A stretch of 64,000 nucleotides of DNA from Tubulanus polymorphus (GCF_964204645.1 NC_134030.1:4816778-4880777); one strand, 5' to 3'. Positions 26,396 through 39,316 are shown, counted from the first letter of the stretch. The notes: generated from the sequence alone by a model not told the origin. Made by a program: numbers and translations.

Positions 26396-26669
26396 ATTCG
26401 AATCAACTATCTGCAAAGCATATTCCTATCTCTACATATAATACCTTTAATATATACGGGGCATTTGTTTTATCTCTCACGAAAAAAAAATGAAATATAC
26501 ACCGCACATGACTTTTTACGGGTGAGTCACAGCGTTAAAAATCGAAAATCGAAAGTAAAAATAAAATGACACGGACATTTTTATATTAAAAAAAGGGATT
26601 GACCCCGTTATTTATTTGGTTGGTAAATTTCATATCCCACCTCTATAACGCAACGTAATAAGATAGAAA

Positions 26670-29350
26670 TCACTGATTCCTCAAAAAATCTAAGTCGTAA
26701 TCAAACAATATGAAATCAGCTCTATATTTCGCGTATAATTTATCAATCAACTCTTTTGGCAAGTCTTTGTAATATTTGTGTAGTTTTTCTATGGAATACG
26801 TATGAGGGAGTGTGGCCGTTTTTGCCAGTTCAGGTTCAAGCTGGAAACGACTTTGAACGAGTTTAAAATCATCGTGGACTGTATCTCCGTATTTCCCGAT
26901 GAAGCTGTACTGGACTTCGCATGGACGACAAAGCTTGTTGTATATTGCCCAATGTATATCATCGTGACTGCGACGAAGGATGAACTCGGCGAATTCTTTA
27001 AATGTTGCTCTGTCTCCAGGTTTGACGTCATTTCGGGCTGATTGGAGAATTATCGTCTCGAGGTTCGCGTAGTTTCTATCATGTTTTTTAACAACTTTAT
27101 CCAAGTATGCGGATAACAGTCTCTCAAATGGATGTCGTACGAACATAAATTTGAAGTAGGATTTCAAGCGTTTGGCCGTTTCTTCTCGAGAATAACTCGA
27201 CAGTGATCTGATCAAACTTAATGATCTAACGTAGATTTTCTTTTTAATTGCAAAATTGTTAATGACGGATAGGTTTGTCGTGAGTAGTTTCCCTGTCGTG
27301 TGTAGTAACGTATATCTCCATATCGACGTGCCCACTTTGGGAATTTCGCAATAAAGGATCTTGTGTACGTCATCAACCGTAAAGCTGTTATACGTATGTG
27401 AATCTAGAAAAAATAGTGAGATTTTATGTCAAAATTAAACACCTGAGGTCTGGCGGATTAACGAGGCGTACCGCAAACATTTCGTTGCATCATAGTTTAA
27501 TTTGTCAAAATGTTTGTTTTACGATGGGTACTCCCAGGTTAAATTGTAATTCGTCTAAGGAACCCGATTTTTCTCTGACTTATCTACAGATACGTGTCGA
27601 ATTATCACTTTTTAGCTTCTTAGAAATAGATGCAGAGTTGCCAGATGTCTCTGACTATAGTTAGCTGCCTCTATGTTATTGTAAATACGTAATTGGCATA
27701 TTTAAAACTTCAAACTAGATATGATTATAGGTTATGTGTTCTTCGCTAATTATCGTGCATTTTATTCTAAAATATTCATCCAATTAGCTGTTCTGTTGAA
27801 CATGATCGAGTAGGGCCACTAATCTCTGGTGAAATACAAGTATAGTGCAGTGGTGCTTAAATATCATTGGCTAGGTTTCGAACCCAGTACTAACCTACGT
27901 TTTACGGCTAGTGCGGGATTTACGTTGTTTCGTTGCATTGATTGCGCGCATCGCTTATTATGAAGTCAATTTATGGATTTTTAGATGATCTAATCTGTTG
28001 ATGGTGTACCTTTTCAAAACTGCTTTTAATGAAAGAATGATTCAATGTTCCACACTTGACGATGATCTCTACGGATCTCTACAGATCGAAACGTCGTGCA
28101 TTTCATATTTCAGATTTTTTCGAATAAATAAATTCTCGATTTTAAAATTCTTTTAATTTGTACATAGTGGGTTTTTATCTTATGTGATTTAAAGAAGTTT
28201 TAGTTTTTATATATGATATTTGCTACTGTCTGTAGAGGATCTGGTGACTGGGTACATTGTTGTTGGTATAAATGGATAAGAGCCATAAGATACAATCATT
28301 CAAAGGCGACTAGAAACATTCGAGTGTAAAACTCGCATGCCACAGTAGGAGTACCTAGCTGAATAAAAACTTAACCGTCAAGTGCTGCCATTATACACGA
28401 TATTCACGGTTCACGGTGAATATTCGAACTAACTTATTACTCGCTTGCCACAGCAAGACTATTACCCGTGGAGTTAGTTCCCATGTTTACCGCTAATAGA
28501 ATATATAGCGACAGCACTTGACGGTTAAAGATTCGTATTCGTATTTGTGGGGTTACCTAATCGTATATTTTGATTAAGATTTTTAGTGAGATTTGTTTCA
28601 AAATTGATTAGGCACTGTCGGGTAAGGTTGATAGTTCGCCAAAGCTACGAGCAATCATCTCAACTTGAGATGATTGCTCGTCGGTCAAAAGAAATAAGAT
28701 CTGCGGGTGAATGATTTTTCTCTGACGTATCTACCTGTCGAATTGTCACTTGGTAGCTTTTCACATCCTGCTTTCACGTGAGCGAGTCTTTGCTGATATA
28801 TAGTTCTCAAGTCACCGACTGATGGGGAAATTGTACGATCCTGCGGTATCTGAAATATAAGTTTCATCAGCAAATCAATCGAAAAAAAAACACAATCGAA
28901 AGAACTACCGTTTTCGAAGCTTTTTGAAAATGATGGAGGATTCGAAACGCCCAACTACTCGCATTGTTATTCTTTTTATTGTGGCTTTTTCCAATTCAAA
29001 CATAGAAACTTGCCTATCGAAATCAAATGTTTCTATAGTTGTATATATCTTTGTGGTGATTATACTGCGGAGTATACCATTATAAACCTTTGATTCGCCA
29101 ATAAAATGAATACTTTTAAAAAGTTGTTGATGAAGTCATTATGCAAGGAAAGCTCTCTAAAAGGAAGATGAGAAGCGTATTTACCTTCGAGAATTGTCTT
29201 TTATCTCTATAATTATATCTATTCGTTTTAGACTACCACATGAATTCTTACCTCTATTTTCACTGCTACATCGCTTGTATCTTTAAAAAGACTAAGGATT
29301 TTCAACATCAATGTTACTGAAATTGCCGTCGCTACCACTTTGCGGATCAT
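26670..29350 (-). CDS. Golgi carbohydrate sulfotransferase (Sulfotransfer_2 / CHST8-14-like); exons 29350-29252, 28849-28735, 27403-26670
   Basis: N-terminal signal anchor MIRKVVATAISVTLMLKILSLF. 5'-PSB motif LYCEIPKVGTSIW, 3'-PB motif FVRHPFERLLSAY, plus HW..Y..LC.PC and Y..DF.LFDY. Splice phases are compatible. Confidence 0.88.
28371..28528 (+). mobile_element. piggyBac-type MITE with TTAA target-site duplication
   Basis: TTAA-CCGTCAAGTGCTG ... CAGCACTTGACGG-TTAA, a perfect 13-bp terminal inverted repeat. Confidence 0.85.
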
Positions 29351-30500
29351 CTTATAATACTGAACCTAATTCTGAGGTTATACGTCAGCAACTTGTATGT
29401 CGGCAATACAGAGTCACCACAACTGTTACACCTCGGTGTCTTCTACTTCATTAAGTTCAACAAGCCCAATCTAATACACGTCTATATCACATTCATTTCA
29501 ACATCGAAAATGCGATGGTTGATAATGACGTAATTCATAATGTAATGATGATGATTTGTTTCGTGTACCGGTCAGGGTAAGGGATTTTTTGACGCCGTTA
29601 AAACTGTTGCAATAATGTTTTTACACATTGATAATTACCATGCGTTGTTAGTGTGACAGGGAGTTCCGTGTTAATCGATGTGCACTATCATCAATATTGA
29701 CGTTTCAAAATAACAATTACAATTATGAATTTTGGCGTTCATTTTGTAATCAAATATACTTCATAACTCATATTTTATATTTGAAAAATTCTCATGTATT
29801 TTTGATAATGAATATTGAGCTATGTACTCTACGTCACGTCATCAATATCGGCTAGCCTGGTTAGCTGGTTACCAGTCAATTCAATTCCATCGTCGATATA
29901 TTCAAATTCAAAATAACTTTATTGATCCTTCATTCATTGCCGATAATATTAGACAATATATGTGTAAACAAACTTAGTTTCCTGAGATTTCCCCCAAGAA
30001 TCTGCAACCGCTTGATTGTTTTTTCTCGATCTAATTCAAGACCCACTTCATCCGGATGATAAACAATATAATACGGATTAGCTCAAAATCCAGATTCAAC
30101 TGATCCAGACTAAGCGGGTTGTACTGTGTTTATTCTCTCACCACAAAAAAAAATTTCTAGCTAGAAATGAAAATCTTCAATACAATGGTGGAGGCCTGTG
30201 TGCTGGCCTCTTTTTTCCTGTCCATGCGATATTGGAATTCTCCCCTCTTTTTCTGTCAATGCGATAGGTATGACCAGTACTTAATAAGGCCACTAGAAAG
30301 ACAGTATTAATGACTTCAACAATTCTCGTTAGGGCGATTCAGTTTCAAATGGGTGGATGGCTAACTTTGTTGATGAGCTAAGATGGTCAAGTCAACCGTT
30401 CAATATGGCTGCTATGCCTCACATGATTTGTTTGATAGATTTGGACGGGGCAAGAGAGGTCAAGAGAAGGCAAGATTCTTTTCCGAATACATTTTTTTCT

Positions 30501-31577
30501 TCACGTCGATACGATCTTGTCTTTACGTCGACAATTGAATGTAGCTTTCAGTTGATCTCGAAAGCGACGTCTCGACGCGCAATAAATAAAGAAATTAACC
30601 GATGATACAGTCATTCTTATTACAGTTTGAAATGCATTGAAATATACGAATGTGGTCGATTTTCCAATTTTCCCGTTTATAGTGAGCATCAGATTCGTAA
30701 TGTTAGCTTTCAGAACTAAGACATTTTTCATTAAATACAAACACGAAATGAGAACTAACGTCAGAGTTAAACTACGGTCGTTACTGTTCTGGTTTGCGGA
30801 CATGTTTTTTCTCACTTTTCTTGCAGACCTCAATGTGAATATCAATCGGATAGTTATCACGATCACCATTAAAGTGGGAATAAAAGCAAAAATTGGAGCG
30901 CGGACGAAAACTTCGTAATATCTCAGATGAATGTTTTTTACTAATGGAGTTAATTTTTGCGTCCACCTTTCGTGTCCGGTGCACGGATTGCGGGATCGAC
31001 GGTTTGTATACTTCAAGAAATTCCTAACCTGATCAGATATGGAAATTAGTGCACCCACCATAACGTAGATATAACCTTTCCTCATGGTTATTACTCTGGC
31101 CGCTTTGAGAGGCCAACATACAACGATATATCTGTCTACAGCAATCAACAGAGTTATGTAATCTCCAATTCCTGAAAAAAGCAACCGAAAATTTTTCGTC
31201 TGAGCATGAAGACGCTTCAAGACCTGGTTTATATTATTGGTCATATCCAACAACATGGTGTGACCGTAGAGTTGGGCCTGGAAGTCAAATACAATATACG
31301 ATAGACAGTATAGCAGATCGGTGACAGCTAAACATGTCAAATAGAATATACTCGTGTTAGTAGAGCGTTCTTTTTTCAGAATCACGAAGGACAACGAATT
31401 TGCGCACACCCCAAATATGGCAACGCTGAAAACGACGAAATTCACCACTTGCAGTAGCATGTTCAAATGAAACGGCTTGTAATCGGAATGGTGGATGTAT
31501 TTACACCGGGGATGTGGTTTAAATCCGCCTTCCACGATGGTGGACACCTCCGATTCATTCGAATCATATCCAGCCAT
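30501..31577 (-). CDS. Intronless class A GPCR, FMRFamide/peptide-receptor-like orphan
   Basis: Seven hydrophobic segments; AN in TM1, YLTCLAVTD in TM2, DRYIVVCWP after TM3 and VNFFIYC in TM7. First ATG at 31577 (MAGYDSNES, N-glycosylation sequon). Confidence 0.88.
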   Translation of the reverse strand: MAGYDSNESEVSTIVEGGFKPHPRCKYIHHSDYKPFHLNMLLQVVNFVVFSVAIFGVCANSLSFVILKKERSTNTSIFYLTCLAVTDLLYCLSYIVFDFQAQLYGHTMLLDMTNNINQVLKRLHAQTKNFRLLFSGIGDYITLLIAVDRYIVVCWPLKAARVITMRKGYIYVMVGALISISDQVRNFLKYTNRRSRNPCTGHERWTQKLTPLVKNIHLRYYEVFVRAPIFAFIPTLMVIVITIRLIFTLRSARKVRKNMSANQNSNDRSLTLTLVLISCLYLMKNVLVLKANITNLMLTINGKIGKSTTFVYFNAFQTVIRMTVSSVNFFIYCASRRRFRDQLKATFNCRRKDKIVST

Positions 31578-32720
31578 ATGTAGCAAACGTTGTTTGGGTC
31601 GACTGGAAAATATGTCTAATACTCCGATAGATAGTGAACGAGTTATTCGAAACACAAGAAGCTGTGATATCGCATGTACACAAATATGCTAGTTTCGATT
31701 GTAGCGTTCTCGTCCAAAACCTTCAGAAAACATTGGCGAGCGAAAAAGAGCTGAATGTGAATTTTCGCTTAAACGTTTAGCCGCAGAATTTGATGTTATT
31801 CTAGTATCGACCAGGAATCTGCTGCGGTATGAAAGGTGTTTCACATGTCAGCACACTGTAATTTCTGTACGACAGAACCATATAATCATGACATCAGAAA
31901 CTTTGAAATAAATATATAGATACGAATAAAGAAACGGAAAATTACTCCATTCATTCAAACTTTCAAACCAAGGAAGCTTCATTCGGTCATCAGTGGCAAT
32001 TTCAAATCGAGTTTCAATTTGAGGTTGAAAATGTCTCAGAGGGCTTTCAACGCAATAATGTGTATAATGTGTATAATGTTATGCATCGAGAAAGATATCG
32101 TTCATATGAGTTTTCAACAAGACCATTTAGAAAATTTAGTAAAAGAATCGAAAAATTGCTGCTCATTAAGATACACTTTTTCATAAATCTTGAAACGAAT
32201 CAAAGACACAGACCGATCATTCTGACACGATGACAAATTACAAAAAAATACAGAATATATTTTCGCTATGAAAGCAACATGGGAGCAGCATGTAGATAGA
32301 CCAAGTCCAAGTATGAATGAAATTCTGAAAACTATATTGTTCATCATACTGAGTGATTGAAACAAAAACACTGTTAAGTAATTATAATTCTCTCAGAATG
32401 TAGGCCTTACTACAAAAATTCACAATAATCATTGAAATTTCAATAAGTATCGACAAAATAGCACTCCGTCAAATTTTAAACTATGATGATGAAATCATAA
32501 ACTGGACCAAGCTCTAGGAAACCATTTCGACTTTCGGTAACTCCTATATTTTCGAAGCAAAATACATTTGCTTCTGGAGATCTTTTCAAAATCAATTACC
32601 CGAGCCTATTTAAATGAGATTTTTCTTATTGAAACATATAACTCAACTTTCGAGTGACCTAGTGTTCGGTGGTTAGACTTATCAAACTTGTGTTAATCAA
32701 ACATTTTAAAACAGATAGTA

Positions 32721-33220
32721 ATGCAGCCAAATATAAGCTTTATACGACCCTATTGGGTGAATTTCATCGAGTATTTTTCACGCAATCCGTCGAGCGAATT
32801 GAATCGGTTTCTGTTTCTTTACATTTATCCGATTGTTTTCATTTGCGGACTGACTGGAAACTCGCTGTCGCTGGTCTTAATGTTCGATCATCGATTTCGC
32901 CGTCATTCTTACAGCGCGTATATGGCGGTTTTGGCTATAAGTGACACTGTCTGTTTGGTCGGTTCTTTCATGGCTTCAATAAATCTAATTCCTACACTTT
33001 AAATGGTGGCGTTTTTATACGATTTACAGATGTCAACAAATGCCGTTTACCCGATCATGTATTCTATGCATCTAATTTAATAAGTTCTTGGATTATCATT
33101 TCGAAAACACTAGAAAGATGCTTCGCCGTTGTAAGCATGAATTATGCCGTAAAGTTCTACATATATTGTTTGATGGGAGCCGAATTCAGGAAAACGCTGA
33201 AACAGTGTTTTCGATCATGA
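32721..33220 (+). pseudogene. GPCR pseudogene (paralog of 34627-35574)
   Basis: Near-identical 5' part, a frameshift/stop near 33000, and a ~450-bp deletion of TM4-TM7 at ~33132. Retains the KTLKQCFRS* end. Confidence 0.85.
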
Positions 33221-34478
33221 AAAATATCTCATCGCATTGCACATACACGTATTATAATGGCCGATAAAAGCTATTGCTAAAACCTAAAACCAAACACAAA
33301 AATGCAGCCTGCAGCTAGAATACATTTTAGAGTACCATGTATCAACAAAACCCATTAGCAAGATTGCAAGTTTTAAAAATGAATACTGCGTCCATTTGAT
33401 CATCATGATGTCATTGTGGTATAGATAGTCACTACTTTTGGACAGTTCATCAAACTTTAGTAGTCAGTTTAATGGAAATAGTGTTGTACCTCGCACATTG
33501 ATAAGATGCACATTTTACGATTCTCAAAAACAATTGAAAAATAGATCATAACTCGTCATTTGATATCGCAGATACGGAAGCGATAAGCGATAAGGGGCCT
33601 CCAGTTGTCGCGAGCCAGCTCGACAAGTCGACATTTCGTGTGACATTTCGATGACAAATTATGTTTTGTTGACCATTTCCTTATTCCTCCTGCAAATAAA
33701 TGACGTTTTATATCTGATTTTCCTATAGGTATGCTAAAATCATTCATTTATTGGGCAAACTTTTAGTAAATCTGAGTTAATATCTAACCTAATTATCATA
33801 TTTAGATTGAAGATGATGTGCTTTATTTTTTCTTGTATAATATCTGCCTCAGATACATAAAACTTTCACAGAACAATGAACTTTTAATTGTCACTATGTC
33901 AACTATCCACATTGTTAACTCTAACTAACTTTTCAGCACTGGCCCCAGGTTTATATTTTTTATTTAAATGAGAAGAAGCATTTATATCGAATTGTTTCAT
34001 ATAAACTTCAAAAATAATTCTATAACATTCTCTCTGGGGATCATAGCTATTATGAATAAAAATTGCTTTATCGAAATTTTTTAATCTATAATTTGTTGCA
34101 TTTCTCCAGTAATTATCAAATTTTTACCCACTCCTATAGAAGTTCTGGTATGGAATGATTCTTTTTTCTTGACACCTTGCTTACTTTAAAAAATTTACAT
34201 AATCTAACATTTTAGCACTTTTTAAAGGTTTTTTTCAATTCTTTACTATTTCCTTCAACCTTTCTACATCTGGCGTGAAAACCTATTTATACCAATACTA
34301 TTAACTTATGGCAATTTGGGAGCTGTCTTGACTTATCTTTAATATTATTCCCCAATAACTTTGCAAATATACTGTCGCAGTATATTTCCTAGAGTATACT
34401 TTGTTCTATTTTAGTTTATCCGTGAAATTTGCCTCAAAGATCATACAACGGGCAATCTGATTGGTGCCGGTTAAACCT

Positions 34479-34560
34479 GCGCACCCAGTCTAGTGTGGCA
34501 GGGTCTTGCGCCGTGGCTGAGTGTAGCGACGCCATCGAAGTTCGAATCGCTGCCGGGGAG
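34479..34560 (+). other. GC-rich tRNA-like/Pol III-box element ~70 bp upstream of the GPCR ATG (copies at ~42866-42947 and ~44468-44549)
   Basis: A-box-like CAGTCTAGTGTGG or TGGCTGAGTGT, B-box GTTCGAATC at 34540, GGCAG...CTGCC complementarity, and an inverted CCAAT (CTGATTGG) just upstream. Confidence 0.4.
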
Positions 34561-34626
34561 GATGTCGGTGGTTAGACTTGTAGTATACATGGACCAAGTT
34601 AACAAAAGATTTTAAAATAGATAGTA

Positions 34627-35574
34627 ATGCAGCCAAATATAAGCTTTATACGTCCCCATTGGGTGAATTTCATCGAGTATTTTTCACGCAATCCGTCGAG
34701 CGAATTGAATCGGTTTCTGTTTCTTTACATTTATCCGATTGTTTTCATTTGCGGACTGACTGGAAACTCGCTGTCGCTGGTCTTAATGTTCGATCATCGA
34801 TTTCGCCGTCATTCTTACAGCGCGTATATGGCGGTTTTGGCTATAAGTGACACTGTCTGTTTGGTCGGTACTTTCATGGCTTCAATAAATCTAATTGCCT
34901 ACTCTTTAACTGGTAACGTTATTATACGATTTACAAATGTCAACATATGCCGTTTACCCGAACATGTATTCTACGCATCTAATTTAATAAGTTCTTGGAT
35001 TATCGTTTCGATAACACTAGAAAGATGCTTCGCCGTTGTCAGTCCCTTCACTGCCAGAATATTCTGTTCTCGAAAAGTAGCATGGATTATAACGGCTTCG
35101 GTTGTATCACTTTCATTCGCGTTCACTTCTTACGCGGCCGCAATTACCTCGTACGACAGTGAATTCGGTTGCTTCATATCATCATTACGCGGAATGAAGG
35201 CGCACTACGCGATCGCCCCGTCCAGTTTCATCTATTCACCGATATGTATCATAGCCTTACTAAACATCATCATAATCAGATCTTTAACGACGTCGCCGTC
35301 GTTAATACAAAGTAATAAAACAAAAATTCACTCGAATAATACCAGGAAAATAACTTTCACCGTTCTCATTGTGTCGATAACGTTTATAATTCTGCTCACT
35401 CCATCGGCCAGTCTTTGTATTCTTGTGGCGGCTTTACCGAATACACCAGACTTTGCAAACTGGTTAGATACGGCGCAATTCATCTTTAGCATAAATTGTG
35501 CCGTGAATTTTTACATATATTGTTTGACGGGAGCCGAATTCAGGAAAACGCTGAAACGGTGTTTTCGATCATGA
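34627..35574 (+). CDS. Intronless class A orphan GPCR (peptide-receptor/chemoreceptor-like), unit 1
   Basis: GLTGN (TM1), YMAVLAISD (TM2), ITLERCFAVVSP, W in TM4, LLTP (TM6) and AVNFYIYC (TM7). Confidence 0.9.
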   Translation: MQPNISFIRPHWVNFIEYFSRNPSSELNRFLFLYIYPIVFICGLTGNSLSLVLMFDHRFRRHSYSAYMAVLAISDTVCLVGTFMASINLIAYSLTGNVIIRFTNVNICRLPEHVFYASNLISSWIIVSITLERCFAVVSPFTARIFCSRKVAWIITASVVSLSFAFTSYAAAITSYDSEFGCFISSLRGMKAHYAIAPSSFIYSPICIIALLNIIIIRSLTTSPSLIQSNKTKIHSNNTRKITFTVLIVSITFIILLTPSASLCILVAALPNTPDFANWLDTAQFIFSINCAVNFYIYCLTGAEFRKTLKRCFRS

Positions 35575-36758
35575 AAAGTACCCCATCTAATCACACATAT
35601 TATACATGTATTATAATGGCTGATAAAAGCATTTGCTAAAACCTAATACATGTACCAAGCACATAATAACAGCCTGCAGCTGGAATACAAGTATTGTGTA
35701 TCAATATAAATCCATTAGAAACAGACGCATTTTAAGTTTTAAGATTGCAAGATTTAAAAAAAAATACTGCGTATGATTCATGATGGATGTCGAACTAATA
35801 GTCAATACTTTTTGGAAGTTCATCAACCTTTAGTCAGTTTAATGAAAATATTGTTGTACACCTCGCACAATACTAAGACGCACCTTTTATGATTTTCGAA
35901 AATAATTGAAAACATATCATAATTCATCATTTGATAACGAAGACAATGCACGACTTATAGCTGCTTTAATCACATCATGGGGCAGTGTAGTAGACCAAGT
36001 AGAAATCAAGTTCCGGGAAATATCGTTCAATATCTGAGTGAATCATCAGGTTGCTGAATTCATATTCAAAAATGTTTTGCTTCCTGAAGACTATATAATA
36101 CATGACTGTTGGGTTTGGAAGGGACACCAAATTAAGTCAAATCAAATTAAATTCGCCAATCAAATAAATAAGAAGGAACATCAAGATGAAGAACGTATAC
36201 GAAAGAAGAAAGTAGCTATAATCTATATGTGCTAATTAGACAGGAGTGGACTGACCGAAGAACCAAATACTCATATTCAGAAACCAAATTCCACAGCCGT
36301 GAGTTAGAGTTATCTCTGAACTCGGGAGTTGGGCTGGGGGCTGTGTTTTTAAGTGATATGGGTCACCATATTTTTACCATACCGAAAGCATATTCAGTAT
36401 CGTCTGGAAGAAAGGCAGAGCACAATTTCACAAATTTTCAATGTCAATAGAATAAAGATATGGTGACCTTATTATGAAAATTCTAAATGGAGTGATTAAG
36501 GTCACCATATTTCTCTATTTTATTGGCGTTAAAAATTAGTAAAGCTTTGCTCTCTTCAAGACTGACAGACCCTATTGAAATTGGCGATAACATCATAACC
36601 AAAAGTATATTTACCGGGTTCTTATCGCCCAAATCAAACAATAAAGTTCACCATATTTTAATAAAAAATTAACTTGGCAATGAAATAACCAGAAGCATAT
36701 ATACGATACATTTTTTCTCACTGCGATTAAAGCCGGGCGGGACGCCAGACATGACAAG

Positions 36759-37484
36759 ATGTCTAGTGACACAATACGCAAAGAACTTTTGGAAACCGTT
36801 CGAAAACTTGTTGGTGAATATCAAAACACCATCATCGAATCGGGAGGTCAGGCTGAGTTAACATTCTGTGGTAAGAAATTCGTCACTTTCAACGATGTAT
36901 GTTTTACTGAAGGTTACGATGACATAGCGCTAAATTTACCAGATGAAACATGCAAAGATGCGAGGGTTCTAGAAATCGGATGCGGAAATGGTTGTGTGAG
37001 CACCATGCATTATCTGCAAAACAAATCCAAGATCAGTTTCATTCTAGCGGTGGATATTAATCCACAAGCTCTAGAAAATACTAAAGCGAATTTCGAGCGT
37101 TACGGAGTTCCGGGGGAGGTGCGCTATTCAGACGTGTTCCAGGCGATTTCTGAAGATGAAAAGTTCGATTTGGTTTTTTGGAATGCTCCATTCTTCAACC
37201 ATACCCCCACCGAGACCGGTGACCTGAAGATTGTCGAAAGAGGATTCATGGATCCCGGTTACGAGGGCATCGGTAGATTCATCGCAGGTGCGCGTAAATA
37301 TCTGAGACCCGGTGGAAATGCGCTTTTTGGTTTTAGTAGCACTTGTGGTCAAATTGACATCCTGGAAGAAAAGGCGAAAGAAGCAGAAATGCGCCTCGAA
37401 CGTTTTTGGCATAAAACACTGGTCGTGGAAGCATTTGTCGTAGATTGGGAATTATGGCGAATTCTACCGATTGATACCGAGTAA
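36759..37484 (+). CDS. Intronless class I SAM-dependent methyltransferase, HemK/PrmC/MTS-like, type A (NAPF), copy 1
   Basis: Motif I VLEIGCGNG, DINPQALENTKAN, SDVF, FDLVFWNAPF (NPPY-equivalent) and YLRPGG. Confidence 0.9.
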   Translation: MSSDTIRKELLETVRKLVGEYQNTIIESGGQAELTFCGKKFVTFNDVCFTEGYDDIALNLPDETCKDARVLEIGCGNGCVSTMHYLQNKSKISFILAVDINPQALENTKANFERYGVPGEVRYSDVFQAISEDEKFDLVFWNAPFFNHTPTETGDLKIVERGFMDPGYEGIGRFIAGARKYLRPGGNALFGFSSTCGQIDILEEKAKEAEMRLERFWHKTLVVEAFVVDWELWRILPIDTE

Positions 37485-38983
37485 GAAACCGAAGTGTAAA
37501 TGTACCATTTAGTCAAATAACCCGCTTGAAAAAGCTATTTAGTTGCAATATAGAATATGAAATATTTCAAACTGTTGTATGACTGCATCGTGGCCAATAA
37601 GGTACATAGTCACATGAATAGGTTTCATTGTACTAACAATAGTCCAGTCTAGGATTTATGATCGCTTTTGGATTAAAGTTATGACTGTGCAACTGAGAGA
37701 CTTACGTACCGGTACCTATGTATATTTTACAAAAACAATCAAGGGTTTGTGGTCTCGCGGCCTATTAGTTTCCTGATGAGATATTCAAATTAACCTTATT
37801 TATTCTTAATAATATATCATATTATTCATTGGCAATATATGTGTTATTTTTCTGCAAGGCGCCAATTAACTTTCAATTCAGTTTTCTCGTTATAATGAGG
37901 GTCACGATCCATGGTGCATGACAATGAACAGTCCTGATGATGTCGACCTCTGTGTACCATCATTCACTACTTGACCGCCGAAACAACAAGGAAACCTTTT
38001 TTAGAGATACATCGTTCGTTTGTTTATTTGTTGACTGAGATAGAACATAATGTATTTATACGTATATTCATATGTACAAGATTCCCCCGACAATATAAAT
38101 TTACAATCCAATAAATCTAATAATAATAATCATTATATGATAATAATAATGATTATAATAATAAAGAATTCACAAAAAGATGATGAGTGCACGTAACCAA
38201 CAAATGTTACGAAAAAAAACCTACTTCTTACAACACTCGTAAAATAAAATTTATCTCTACAAATAAATTAAGTTATTTCCCCATAATATCTAAAATGCAC
38301 TTAGCCATATCAGTGAATATGTTTTACCACATTCAAAATGTACGCAAATACTTCTTGATCCTTTTGATATATGCGTGCCAAAACAGTTTTCAATTACTTT
38401 GAAGCACAGGATAAGACATTACCTTTCAAAAGCGAAATTCTAATTCAGAAATAAGTTAAATACTACCAAATCAGCCACAGTTCGGGAAATGGGGTGAGAG
38501 CGATGTTGAGAAAAATATACACATCCATCGCAATTCTGAACTCAAACTACATTCAATGAAATGTAGTCCACTCGCGATAATCTTATGCCGTTGTATTACA
38601 TAAAGCACCAAGAGCAATTTTCACAGAATCTCTATACATCATTATATCTAATAATCTATTCGTCAGAACCGTTCGCACTTAGTTAACTAGTAATCAAAAT
38701 ATTACCTAATTCGATATTAAACCAGATCTCTTTTTTTTATTTTTGATTACGCTTCATTTTTTCAAATCTTTATAAGAAGATATAATATAATTTACATAAA
38801 CGGTGTAGAAACACTATTATCATTACGTTGCTCAGGCATTTCAACATATATACGTATCAAGTTTTTATGTAGGGTTGATCGTTCACGCATCTAAAAATAT
38901 TCCTATAAAATTACAGTAGAGTACTCCATTCATCAAAAAGTCGAGAATTTCATCGTAAGAAAAATCAAAATTAATAGTGAATT

Positions 38984-39316
38984 ATGAATAGTGAATTATT
39001 AGAAAATGTAATAGAAAATCCATTAATAATAAACCCGAAATTTAATGAAATGAATATATTAGATTATCGGTGGTACAGAAAAACATTTATAGATTATTTC
39101 TCGAGTCATGATAAAGAGGACATATTGAAAAAGTTAGATAACTTTAAACCAAAAATAACTTATGCAATGAACTTATTTGAACTTAAATATGATGATTTAA
39201 GAGAATTTTTAAATAAACATCCATCAAGAAATGAAATCGAAAATTATATTCCAAAAATATTTTCAAGAGCTGCGAATACTAAATATAAACTCCCACGTGG
39301 CGAGGCTTATTTCTGA
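38984..39316 (+). other. Very AT-rich 110-codon ORF fragment of foreign-looking composition at the inner duplication junction (copy at 48981-49313)
   Basis: N/K/I/E-rich with almost exclusively A/T-ending codons. Begins at a short duplication aatagtgaatt and is absent from the equivalent MT-B flanks. Confidence 0.35.

Noticed and set aside
34465-34570. Functional tRNA or twister ribozyme upstream of the GPCR
   Set aside because: I cannot fold a canonical cloverleaf, and conserved twister loop residues are missing. Kept only as a tRNA-like/SINE element.
36727-36742. 12-bp match (taaagccgggcg) between the methyltransferase leader and the 22080 MITE terminus
   Set aside because: Too short, with no second terminus or target-site duplication; it cannot support transposon-mediated mobilisation.
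36759-37484. Bacterial contamination as the source of the methyltransferases
   Set aside because: They are embedded among animal GPCRs, animal-type MITEs and the Robo 3' region, with no operon structure.
37931-37995. Hammerhead ribozyme (CTGATGA...CGAAAC) downstream of each methyltransferase
   Set aside because: No convincing stem II or stem III, and no NUH cleavage site after GAAAC.
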